A DNA stretch of 59,656 nucleotides, filler included, from Ionaspis alba (Eukaryota), in the NCBI GenBank assembly GCA_964255285.1. It is 5 parts of 5 records of this genome, joined end to end, with 100 filler letters (N's around TTAATTAATTAA, not from the genome) between each part and the next. Parts side by side here need not be neighbours in the genome. Positions count along the whole stretch, not along the records: positions 47,817 to 59,656 come from CAXUUL010000538.1; 4 more parts are not named here. One strand, given 5' to 3'. The position numbers and the translations under genes were made by a program. Under the pieces are notes generated by a model. The model did no database searches and was not told the origin of the DNA. It saw only the letters and a list, made by a program, of their open reading frames with translations. Below are positions 47,938 to 59,656 of the stretch, in pieces (the stretch's first letter is position 1; every line of letters starts with the position of its first letter).

Positions 47938-50570
47938 ATGGCCATCGATGTAACCACGTACGACAATGCTTTCCTTCTTCCTGCACCCTCCTGTACCACA
48001 TTGTTTTTGACTGCTCACTCCAGATTCCACGAGAGTACTTCCTTAATACAGCCTCTCCAACGGACTCTCTACCCTTCCAAGATCCCCATTCAGTGAGGCA
48101 AATCCACGTGGAACAGAACCAGCGGGCCCAAGCTAATAGTCAAAGGCATATCCAGCTCAAGAACTTTATAAGTACCTCCGAGCCTGATGTCGTCTACTTT
48201 GCGTCCGGTTACGAGGTTTATGCACTTCATACTCCCACAAGACGGCGTGTGAGGATAGCTAAACTCTCATTCCGACCACAGTGTCTGAGTGCAGCGCATG
48301 GCTGGATATGTGTGGGTGGAGATGACAAAGGAAAGTGTGCTTTCCTCAACGTTGGGGAGAGTCGGCCATTCCCTTCAGCGTCGTCGTCCACTGCAAGACA
48401 GGCCGAAGTCGATGCACTCTTACCCCTTGACCTGGACCCTCACTCTCGTATCCTTGCGCAAGATTTTTTCGACCGGCATATCGAGGATCATTCGCCGTGG
48501 CGGCGGCCCAGAGTGCACTACCAAGAGTTCGGGGGACTCATTGTCAACGCAATTACAGTCCATAAGCTATGCAGCGGCAAGGAAGGGCTACGAGACGAGG
48601 TTGTCGCCATTATAACGTCAGTTTGTGTACGTTGATGTGGCCGATCCTCATTGACAGTATTAGGAACAATGACCGTTCTCTCCGAATATATTCCATGAAC
48701 CAGGCTCGTCTTCTCAAGACACTGGAATTCCCAACTCCCATGAATCATGGCTCAATATCCCCAGATGGCGAACTTCTCGTGGCGTGTGGGGACAAGCCGC
48801 GAGCATATTTTTGCAAACGAGACAGACTTCCAACACTTGCTGTGGACGGGGAGTCGATGTATGCGAAATATGATTGGCACAAGATCGCAGAACCATTGCT
48901 ACCACTAGCTATCGCTAACGACATGTGCTTCTCTACAGCCTTCTCCCCGTCCGGGCACATATGTGCAGTCGCAGCACAAGCCGGCAGTATCACCATCTTC
49001 GATACCCGTTTGATCCGGGAAGACGCTGACGCTGATGAGGCAATCATCGATGTACTAAAGTCGTCTCGACCCGCTATCGACAACGCCGAGATGCCAGGTG
49101 CCGTAAGATCCATGGCTTTTGCCCCTGAGCCTTGGGATCTATTTGCTTGGGCAGAAGATCGTGGAAGAATATGTGTGGCTGACCTACGCAATGCGTTCCA
49201 GACCAGACAGACAATTGAGTTAGAGATTAATGCACCAGAAGTCGATCGAGCAAGTCTCTTCGAACTTGACGACGGATATAGTACTCCGGATCCAAGAGAC
49301 CTCGAAGAAGACGCGCAGTTCCTGCGGCATCATCGTCAAGTGTTGGATTCCGAGGATCACCTAGCCGCAGTGAATCATGCTGCAGACTACATGGAGTTCG
49401 CAGCAGAGCGCCGAAGAATTCATCGCCAGATTGGCGACCAAATCAGGGAGGCCGAGCAGACAGGAATATACAGGAGTGTGTACGACCGAAATCCTCATAG
49501 CATCACAGAAAGCGAGAGACAGATCCTTGATACCCTCCGAGTAGAGCGACAGCGACATATCGATGCCGAGTCCGCTCGTCACGATGCAGAGCAAGTGGAC
49601 CGTGATCGAGCGTTCAGTATAAATTATCAGCAGCCAAGGTCCACCTCTGCCTCCATTTCTCGACTGCGAGACCAAGAATCATCTGCAAGCGCCCTCTCTT
49701 CCACACCATCAGCTCGGAATACCACAAGCATTCATCAGTTCATGCGTGAACGTACCCTCGAACGTGCGCTCGATCGTCCTCGTTCCTCCGACTCACGTAC
49801 CTACCAACCCCGACGTCGATCTTCCGTCGTCATTTCCAATAGCAATCCTACCAATCCCTCATCGTCCTCGCACCCGTCTTCTCTTATCCCCATCGGTACC
49901 ACAACATCTACACTCTCGACATCTCCCTCCCGCCTGGCCGCTAGCACTGCCGCGAACCCCCGCACCCCGTCGACAACCCTTCCTGCTCAGACGGCTCTCC
50001 CAACGCCACTCTCCTCGACGGACCCCTGGCAAACGATTTCCGCCGCCATGGCCACGTCTTCATCCAACACTCGAAATCCCGACACTTTAGCTGGCGCCCC
50101 TCACGAACGCGATCGCGAGCTCGAGCGTGAGCGGGAGAGAGAGCGCCAAAGCGAGCGGGACTGGGAGCGAGACCGTCAGCGTGAGCGCGACTCCTCAGAC
50201 TCATCGGTCTCCAACTACGATCGCAGGATGCAGCAGGTGATGCGGCTGGAGCGGTTGCGTAACGGGAGGCTGCGAGGTCTGAATGCTGATACGAGGTGGG
50301 AAGGGGGTTATGCGGAATATGATCTAGAATTGTTGAGGCGATTCGGGGAGAGGAGAAGAGGTGATGCCGAGATTGGGACTATGGGCATCGGGTGGAGTGT
50401 TGATGGCAGGACTTTGTAAGTCTCTTTCTGCCTTTTTCCTGTATCGTCCGAACGTTCAAGGCAAAGTTGATTTGTGGTCTATTAGGGTTGTGGGGACCGA
50501 GGAGGGAATCATGGAATTCAAGGTCAACATCGCGAATAGGAAGACATTTCCTGCTATGGGTTTCCGCTAA
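47938..50570 (+). CDS. DUF2415-like WD40/beta-propeller protein, exons 47938-47957, 48024-48092, 48146-48616, 48664-50415, 50486-50570
   Basis: Motifs HIQLKNFIST, NNDRSLRIYS, MNHGSISPDG, CFSTAFSPSGHICAVAAQAGSITIFDTR, GAVRSMAFAPEPWDL and GIGWSVDGRTLVVGTEEGI. Four GT-AG introns keep the frame. Confidence 0.82.
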
Positions 50571-51146
50571 TGCCTGATTCGTTTCGTGGGGGTTGCCTAC
50601 GGGCTGAAGATATGGAATAACCAGGAGGTTGATAGTCTTGTTCTGGCGTTCCGTGCAGCAGATACGTGGCGACGCATGCTGTTCTGTGGTCTTCTTGTTT
50701 CATATTCGTGCTACGCGTGCTTCACTTTCGTGGATTGGACTGACGCATGCACATACCTATCGCTGGCATTAGCGCCTGGGAAGTGTCATTTGGCCGGCAA
50801 ACTCATGTAATTAAGCTGCTTGTAACGTCTCCCGCTAGCTAGGCGGAAAACCCTGAGATCCGCAAAATTCTCAATATAATCAAATTTCAAAACTCCACAG
50901 CTTAGTTGATTTATCTCTTTTTTTATAGTATGGTCTTTTTAAGTAATTGTCTCATGATAGAATATAATGGATTAAGCGCAAAGAAGGAGAGGATACAAGT
51001 ACCGCATGCGTGGATGGTATCACGAAAGGTCTCTATTGGATCCTCGATATCGTGTCATCTGAGGAATTTTTTAAACCAAAAGTAAAGAGGCAGTACTTAC
51101 GCCAACCTCTGCACATTTATTCTGCCATAGAGCTTGGCAAAATGCT

Positions 51147-51920
51147 TTACTTGCGCAACACATCATCTCTCCATCTCCATCTTTCTCCCGCCCTGTCGAA
51201 ATTCCCATCTCGCTCCAGCCAACGGCCCTCCCTCTGCTTCCCCTCCCACACAAATATAGGTAGGCGAATAGGCTCTTGGCCATTGGGACTGACAACAAGG
51301 TCCTTGCTCAACCTCGAGAAGCCGCCCTTCTCATAAAACCCCGTTGCCTCAAGAGTAGCTTCCAGAAAAAGCGGCAGCCCCTCCCTCACTGCCAACTCTT
51401 TACCCCAATCGACGAGCATCCGCCCCACACCTCTGGATTGCGTACTCGGCTCGACGACGATCATGTGCAAGTGGAGACAAGCAGGTCGCGCCGACTGTTC
51501 GGTGCCCTGGAAGGCAGCCATGAATCTATCGAGGAACTTGTAGTCTATGCTTTTGTCCGTTACGTACCGACACCAGGTCTTCTCAGCCCAGACCAACTTG
51601 CCCTCCAGCCAATCCGCCCATGTGCTTTCGCTAAGCCAGTCCTTGTACAGAGCCGTGTCCGAGCCCTCGACGGCCCAGGATGCCAGGCCCAGGATCTCGC
51701 CGGAGGAGGAATCTTCAGCTACGATGGTACGTAGATCTGGAGTCGCGAACCGCTGTCGTATGATGTTGAGCCGCCAGTGATAGTAGCCTATTGGATTCTG
51801 GTCTTGATAGAGCGCCATGCGTCTGTGGAGGGCCGATTGCGCGTTCCCAGCATTGGCTATATGAGCCAGCGTTGGGATATCGGAGCGCTGGGCGAGCCGG
51901 AGGGTGACGTTGCTGGACAT
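51147..51920 (-). CDS. GNAT-family N-acetyltransferase
   Basis: Acetyl-CoA-binding motif LHMIVVEPSTQSRGVGRMLV, followed by LFLEATLEATGFYEKGGF. Confidence 0.88.
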   Translation of the reverse strand: MSSNVTLRLAQRSDIPTLAHIANAGNAQSALHRRMALYQDQNPIGYYHWRLNIIRQRFATPDLRTIVAEDSSSGEILGLASWAVEGSDTALYKDWLSESTWADWLEGKLVWAEKTWCRYVTDKSIDYKFLDRFMAAFQGTEQSARPACLHLHMIVVEPSTQSRGVGRMLVDWGKELAVREGLPLFLEATLEATGFYEKGGFSRLSKDLVVSPNGQEPIRLPIFVWEGKQREGRWLERDGNFDRAGERWRWRDDVLRK

Positions 51921-52459
51921 TGCTATTGTGCGGTGAGATCGATGGGTCTGAGGAATCTAGAATGGAGATATAGGTCACTGTAAGCTGCTTTGTGCCTTGG
52001 CNNNNNNNNNNNNNNNNNNNNNNNNNNNNNNNNNNNNNNNNNNNNNNNNNNNNNNNNNNNNNNNNNNNNNNNNNNNNNNNNNNNNNNNNNNNNNNNNNNN
52101 NTCCTAAACGTTGGAGCACGACGATGTGAATAGTGAGAAAACCAGACAAGGAAGCCCCTCCGCTGTTCACTAAATACAAAGGCCAGCTCTATTGCCTTTA
52201 GCCATCGAAAGCAGGAAAAATCCACGTTCAAGATTAAGACCTTTCCCTTTAATTTATAATCGCGTCATCAGTTTCTTCATATTCTACAAGCATTACTAGA
52301 GGTTCGTGTCAAGCAACACTTCAATCGCCGCCCGGTGCGGCACTCCAGCCAATCTCGGAATATAGAAGAGTCCCATGAGCTCGTTCGGATGTCCTCGCCC
52401 TTGGTCCATTACAAGGGAATTTGCCCATAGATTATACAGAACAGCGGAATGTAATGAGA

Positions 52460-54192
52460 CTAGCTTTTCTGGATCCAGCCTGAGTGGACGAAGAAGTCAA
52501 AGATGCGTGCCGATTTCTGCTGGTCAATCTAGGGCGAAGAAGTCGTGTCAGCAGAGGTCAAAATTCGTTCCTCAACACCGATCTTCGCTGACCAACCGGG
52601 ATGCTCACGGTGCGTAGAAAATCCGTAACATACCTTGCAGACTTCTCTCGCAGTTTTCCTCTTCATGCTACCACCAGCTTTCATTGCCTCTCTCATGATA
52701 CCATCTTTGATCACCAGATAGGCTTTTGGCGTTATCCGTAGGACCGAACAGAGCTCGGCTTCTTCTTTCGTCAAGAGGTGTAGGTCCGTTGCGTTGTCGG
52801 GTGTCAACTTTAGTGGAGCCACGCCGTTGACAGCGGGTATGTTGTAATGCTGTTTGGTGGAGGTAAGAGAAGTGTTGGTTGAGCCATTCGTCAACGGACC
52901 CTTGGTCTTGGGGACTAAGGAACTCTTCAATCGCTCGGGGAGTTCAGGAGCAGTCAAAGCGGTGGTTGCAGATGGCGTCTCAATGGGCGGAACAGGCTTC
53001 GGTGGACGGGCCCCAGCCAGACGATCAAATGAGGCCGTCGGTGCTGGGCGTGCGGCGCGTGTCTGCTTCTCAGCCTCATACTTTTCTCCGGATTTGAGGT
53101 CTCCGATCCGCATCTGGCGCCAGTCCTGCAGTTGGGTGATGGCTTGGCGGAGGTTGTGTTCATCCTCGAAACCTTTACTCAACTCCTGGTAATCCTTGTG
53201 ACATGTCATCCGCGCGAAAGGCTTGACCTTTGCCAACAGATCACGCTCTTCTTTAGTCCGTTTTTTATCCAGAGCCATGTTTTTGCGGTATTCGAGGAGA
53301 TTGTGCTCGAAAATGACTTTCTTCCGCTCTGCGCGGGCCGTCAAACGCGAATTGTATATATCCATGACCACCAACTTAAGCTCCATGTCAGGTTCGAGCT
53401 CACCAGTCCGGGTGTTGACACCCTCACCAGGATCAAACTGCATGGACTGAACGGCTTCTTCTGCTTCATTTGCAAATTCCGTCTCGAACTCGAGTCGTCC
53501 TGGCATGTATCCTTGGACTTCATGACAAGCCGGAACGGAAGCGGTGGGTTTCTGCTTTGGTGCAGCTGGGGGGGCTGTTCTGGCAGCTTCTTTTCTTTCT
53601 TCAATCCTCCTCTTCTTCCTTGCCTGGAACACTTCTCGAGGGTTCTCCTCCAGTAAAGAGACATCTTTTGGATCTGCTCGTTCTGGCAGAGGGAACAAAG
53701 ATGAGTTGATATAGGTTTCTATGTAATGGTCCCGCACCTCGTCCTTCGTGCGAAACCCCCCGATATGGTCCGCTATATCAACCCACGAACCCAGCCCATA
53801 GACTTCAGCACCCTCTAGAAGCAGCAATTCTTCATCGGCACCCCAGTCTTTGTGATATATGGGTATGGAATGTTGCTCGATGACGGAATAGGAATGGGTG
53901 CAGGGATTGTGATCGCGGGAAGAAGACCCGGCTGCAAAACAAGGAACACAGAGGTCGTAGTCATTACACGTGGGATCGGCGCACCGAATGCGGACCTGCT
54001 TAAGGTCAGTATTGGAACTGGAGCCAGATTGTTCCATGCTATCCAATACAATCACCTTTGACAAGTGATGATAGAAGACTACAAGGGCGGGGTACTTACA
54101 GTAGAGGTGATATCGGCTGAACAAACATCGCATATGTACTTCAGACCGCCTTCTGTTCCCCGCGTGACTGTCTTCTTCCTAATGACCCCCAT
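52460..54192 (-). CDS. ADA2: SAGA/ADA complex subunit Ada2, exons 54192-54100, 53995-52634, 52528-52460
   Basis: ZZ zinc finger ([19 protein letters not shown]...YDLCVPCF), SANT domain ([13 protein letters not shown]...[14 protein letters not shown]), [12 protein letters not shown] and SWIRM C-terminus ([12 protein letters not shown]). Confidence 0.96.
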
Positions 54193-54913
54193 GCTGTGCG
54201 AAATTTAATTTTCAGGTAAAGCTTAGTATTGAAAGGACGATGCGTGCTTCAGCAGGACTCCATCGAAAATAACTGTCGAGAAAGTTGAGTCTGTGTGCGC
54301 TTTGTTAAAAAAAAAGCCCATCTATTGCTGTTTACCTCGATAATATGCGCTGACAGATCTCAGTAGATCGTGCATCGGAGGAGGCAATAAATGCTGAGTA
54401 GGTCCTATATGTGTGGGGTGGGCACGGAGGACGTCAAAGTGTTGTGGCTTGATTCCCTCATTCCCCTGGAGCTCACTAGCCACAGTCTTGGCACTCCGCA
54501 TATCTGGGAGCTGACTAATAAGCTTGAGAGGCGAGTGAGTGGACCCCCGGCAAACCTGACCATCGGCCAATCAATAATCTCGTTCTACACCATGGCCATC
54601 CACCTAACCTCAGCACTCCACACCACGACTTGAAGCATTTTCTATGCTCTCGGACTTCATACCTGCTAGGTCTCTGATTGCGACTTGTTTCATTTCCTCC
54701 CTGCATGAGAATTGGAGAGTTGACGGCCTCTCACACGCTCCAGTGAGGCTGTGGGGTGTGACGACCACACCCATCTAGACCCAGGCCAAAAGTAGCTCAC
54801 AACTGCGTTCGCAACAGCCGCCGTTGGCTCCAACAACAACCCTCAAGCCTTCATATCTTTCCTCATAGACATCAATTCTTGTGTAAACAAAGTCCTTCAG
54901 CATCTACATCACC

Positions 54914-57126
54914 ATGTCGTGGAACTTGACGAAAAGTAAGCAGATATCAAATGCTGAGAGATAACCCGGTGTTGACATAGTTGCATCAGAGTTCAAGGAA
55001 ACCCATCTTGGTCCTCTTAAGAATTCTCTCGGTCGATCAACCTCCACCTCCACGATCAAGGCCGATACACCAGAACCCATAACGAGTACGGATGAGAAAT
55101 CCAGCATTACAAGCAACAATGGAATTGGTAAGTGTTTTCCTGCGAAAGCCTCGCAATGGATTGCAGTACTGACCCAGTCGACATAGCTGCATCAGAAGCG
55201 CTGGTTTCACCTCCGCCCGCTGAGCCAGCAAAGCCTGGTATTTTGATAGTCACATTACATGAAGGGCGGGGCTTTTCTTTACCTCCACATTACCAACAAG
55301 CTTTCAGTTCCCAGTACCAGAACTCGGTCTCGGTCGGAAATGGTTTCGGTGTTGCGGGGTCCATGCGAAATAACGCAGCAGCAGCTCGCACTCCTGGCGG
55401 AATGGCAGGATCCTACGCTTCAAACATGCGACCGCAATCTACTGGTGGAGGAATAAACGCAGCTCCCACCAATCACGGTCGTTACTCTTCACGATATCTT
55501 CCTTACGTCCTTTTGGATTTCGACAAAGTGCAGGTGTTCGTCGACGCTGTTTCTGGAACTCCGGAGAATCCCTACTGGGCCGGCGACAATACCTCGTACA
55601 AATTTGATGTGTCTCGGATTACAGAACTTTCAGTACAGCTCTACCTACGCAACCCAAACGCACGGCAAGGTGCTGGGAGAAGTGAAGACATTTTTCTTGG
55701 TGCTTGCCGTGTCAATCCGCGATTCGAAGAACCTCGCCAATATGTCGAGGATCCGAAAGCAAGCAAAAAAGATAAAGAGAAGGGGGCGCTGGCATTTGCA
55801 CAGGAGCAAAGGGGTCTAGGCCAAAGTGGAGCTGAGTGGCTTGATATTTCTTTAGGCACAGGCTCCATCAAGATTGGCGTCTCTTTTGTAGAGAATCGAC
55901 AGCGTGCTTTGAAGATCGAGGACTTCGAGCTTCTGAAGGTCGTTGGGAAGGGAAGTTTTGGTAAAGTCATGCAGGTCAGGTCAGTAATTCGATGGTGGAA
56001 TTTTCCATAATGAATGACGAAGTTGATCTCCTTCCTCCAGGAAACTCGACACTCATCGGATCTATGCTCTAAAGACTATCCGAAAGGCTCATATCATCTC
56101 CCGATCCGAAGTCGCCCATACGTTAGCCGAACGATCAGTGCTGGCGCAGATCAACAACCCGTTCATCGTTCCCTTGAAATTCTCTTTCCAGTCACCGGAA
56201 AAGCTCTACCTCGTCCTTGCTTTCGTCAACGGCGGAGAATTGTTTCACCACCTCCAGCGTGAGCAAAGATTTGATATCAATAGATCTCGATTCTATACTG
56301 CCGAACTTCTCTGCGCTCTAGAGTGCTTACATGGCTTCAACGTGATCTATCGGGATCTGAAGCCTGAAAATATCCTCTTGGACTACTCCGGTCACATCGC
56401 ACTTTGTGACTTTGGTCTGTGTAAACTAGACATGAAGGACGAGGATCGAACCAACAGTAAGTCCTCGTCGTCGAGCTTGGCTACATGTACTTTGCTGAAT
56501 AGCACAACAGCTTTCTGTGGAACACCTGAATACCTAGCACCAGAATTACTTCTTGGACATGGATATACCAAGACCGTGGATTGGTGGACTCTCGGCGTGC
56601 TTCTGTATGAAATGTTGACTGGCTTACCGCCATACTACGACGAGAATACCAACGAAATGTACCGCAAGATCTTGTCTGAGCCGCTACATTTCCCAGGTCC
56701 GGAGATAGTCCCTCCGCAGGCAAAGGACCTCTTGACACATCTACTCGATCGGCGACCAGACCACAGACTTGGCGCCAATGGCGCTTCTGAGATCAAAGCC
56801 CACCCGTTCTTCCACAGTATTGATTGGAGGAAGCTTTTGCAGCGCAAATACGATCCTAGCTTCAAGCCAAACGTGGTATGTCTCCAATAGGCTTCTACTC
56901 TCCCTCGCCTAGTCACTAACATTGTCAGACCGATGCTTTGGACACTGCGAACTTCGACCGTGAGTTCACATCTGAAGCACCGACCGATTCATACGTAGAA
57001 GGCCCTATGTTGTCCCAAACGATGCAGCAACAATTTGCAGGCTGGTCCTACAATCGTCCTGTTGCAGGATTGGGTGATGCTGGAGGGAGCGTGAAGGATC
57101 CCTCTTTCGGAAGTGTCACTGGCTAG
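54914..57126 (+). CDS. YPK1: AGC kinase Ypk1/Gad8/YpkA, exons 54914-54935, 54990-55127, 55187-55979, 56041-56456, 56511-56875, 56929-57126
   Basis: MSWNLTKKFKETHL N-terminus and C2-like region. Kinase motifs GKGSFGKV, YRDLKPEN, DFG and TFCGTPEY. Turn and hydrophobic motifs NFDREFT and QFAGWSY. Confidence 0.95.
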
Positions 57127-57650
57127 ATCAATGGTCTAACATGTGGTGATGATACACAACTGCACGCCAAGAAGCGTAGAAAGCAATGCAGAAGAAATCT
57201 CGGGAATGGGTGGCTTCCTAGCATGGATTTCTTGATGCTCATCATAGAAAGCTGTCACATATATATAGCCAGAACAGGCGTGCTCGATCATGATTTGGTG
57301 TCTCGTCGTGCCAATTAATGCATAATGCATGGGATCCAAAGTTGGTTTGTCCAATATTGGATTGTGATTACTGAGAAACATGCGTCAGCAATACCGCTGA
57401 GATTGGGGGGTCCAGCAAAATTGCCGTGGTGGGGCAGCCGCGGGGTCCTCGTTTGAAGACCTTCAAAATCATGCCAGTTCCTCAAGCTCGTTGGCATTCT
57501 ACAACAGCACACAATCTAGTTTTTATTCCTTCTTTGCCATCGCAAGCCAAGACAGTGTCCACTCTTCTCACTCAGTCTTCGCGCTTGTCCGTTGGCACAA
57601 CCCGCAGTGATCCGAAAGCTCCTTGATCACTCTAATCCGCCACTCCCAAT

Positions 57651-59413
<1,763 letters not shown>

Positions 59414-59656
59414 ACAAGTGGATGTTACATAGCCAAGGATGCAGATATGAAATATGATGACGACACATATGGATTGAGCAGCAGCCGGCATCTAAGGTGC
59501 TGGTAGGTAGACATTTTACGATCTGTGAAAAAAAGCACTGCTTACCTATGTGTCTTCCATGATGATCATGGAGAACAATATTACTTCGTGAACCCATGCA
59601 AACCTTAGGCGCAGCCTTATCAGGTACCCGAGTACTAGCGTGTCCGTCATCAGCAC

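Noticed and set aside
50101..50195. GAGCG-rich repeat as a microsatellite or mobile element
   Set aside because: It encodes an Arg/Glu/Asp low-complexity tract inside the DUF2415-like protein.
15732..57126. TOR-signalling cluster (Par32-like, TSC2, YPK1)
   Set aside because: The three genes lie on three different concatenated scaffolds.

Overview
This is eukaryotic DNA from an intron-rich filamentous ascomycete. A Eurotiomycetes-like origin is an inference from protein similarity and the short GT..CTRAC..YAG introns. The window is not one locus: five scaffolds of decreasing length (11866, 11853, 11852, 11845, 11840 nt) are joined by 100-nt N-TTAATTAATTAA-N spacers, so gene order across spacers is meaningless. 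Most genes are housekeeping: SEC61, ARG7, SEC8, partial MTO1, SUA5, VTC4, MCM4, TSC2, CSE1, ADA2, YPK1 and PGI1. Accessory genes include a DUF6594-like protein, a Par32/DUF3602-like protein, a Zn2Cys6 regulator next to an RTA1 gene, a GPI-anchored protein, a DUF2415-like WD40 protein and a GNAT. The main discovery is a tRNA-Asp(GTC) gene at 34808-34950. Besides the usual tRNA intron at 37/38, it carries a 55-nt spliceosomal-type intron (GTAAGC...CTAAC...CAG) in its D-stem, and removing both restores a perfect 72-nt cloverleaf. The second is three tandem, structurally conserved tRNA-like hairpin elements (about 360-nt period, 2001-2797), each with a B-box-like motif nearby, which may be an unannotated ncRNA family. 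Exon boundaries were read by eye and family names are from recognition, not database searches.
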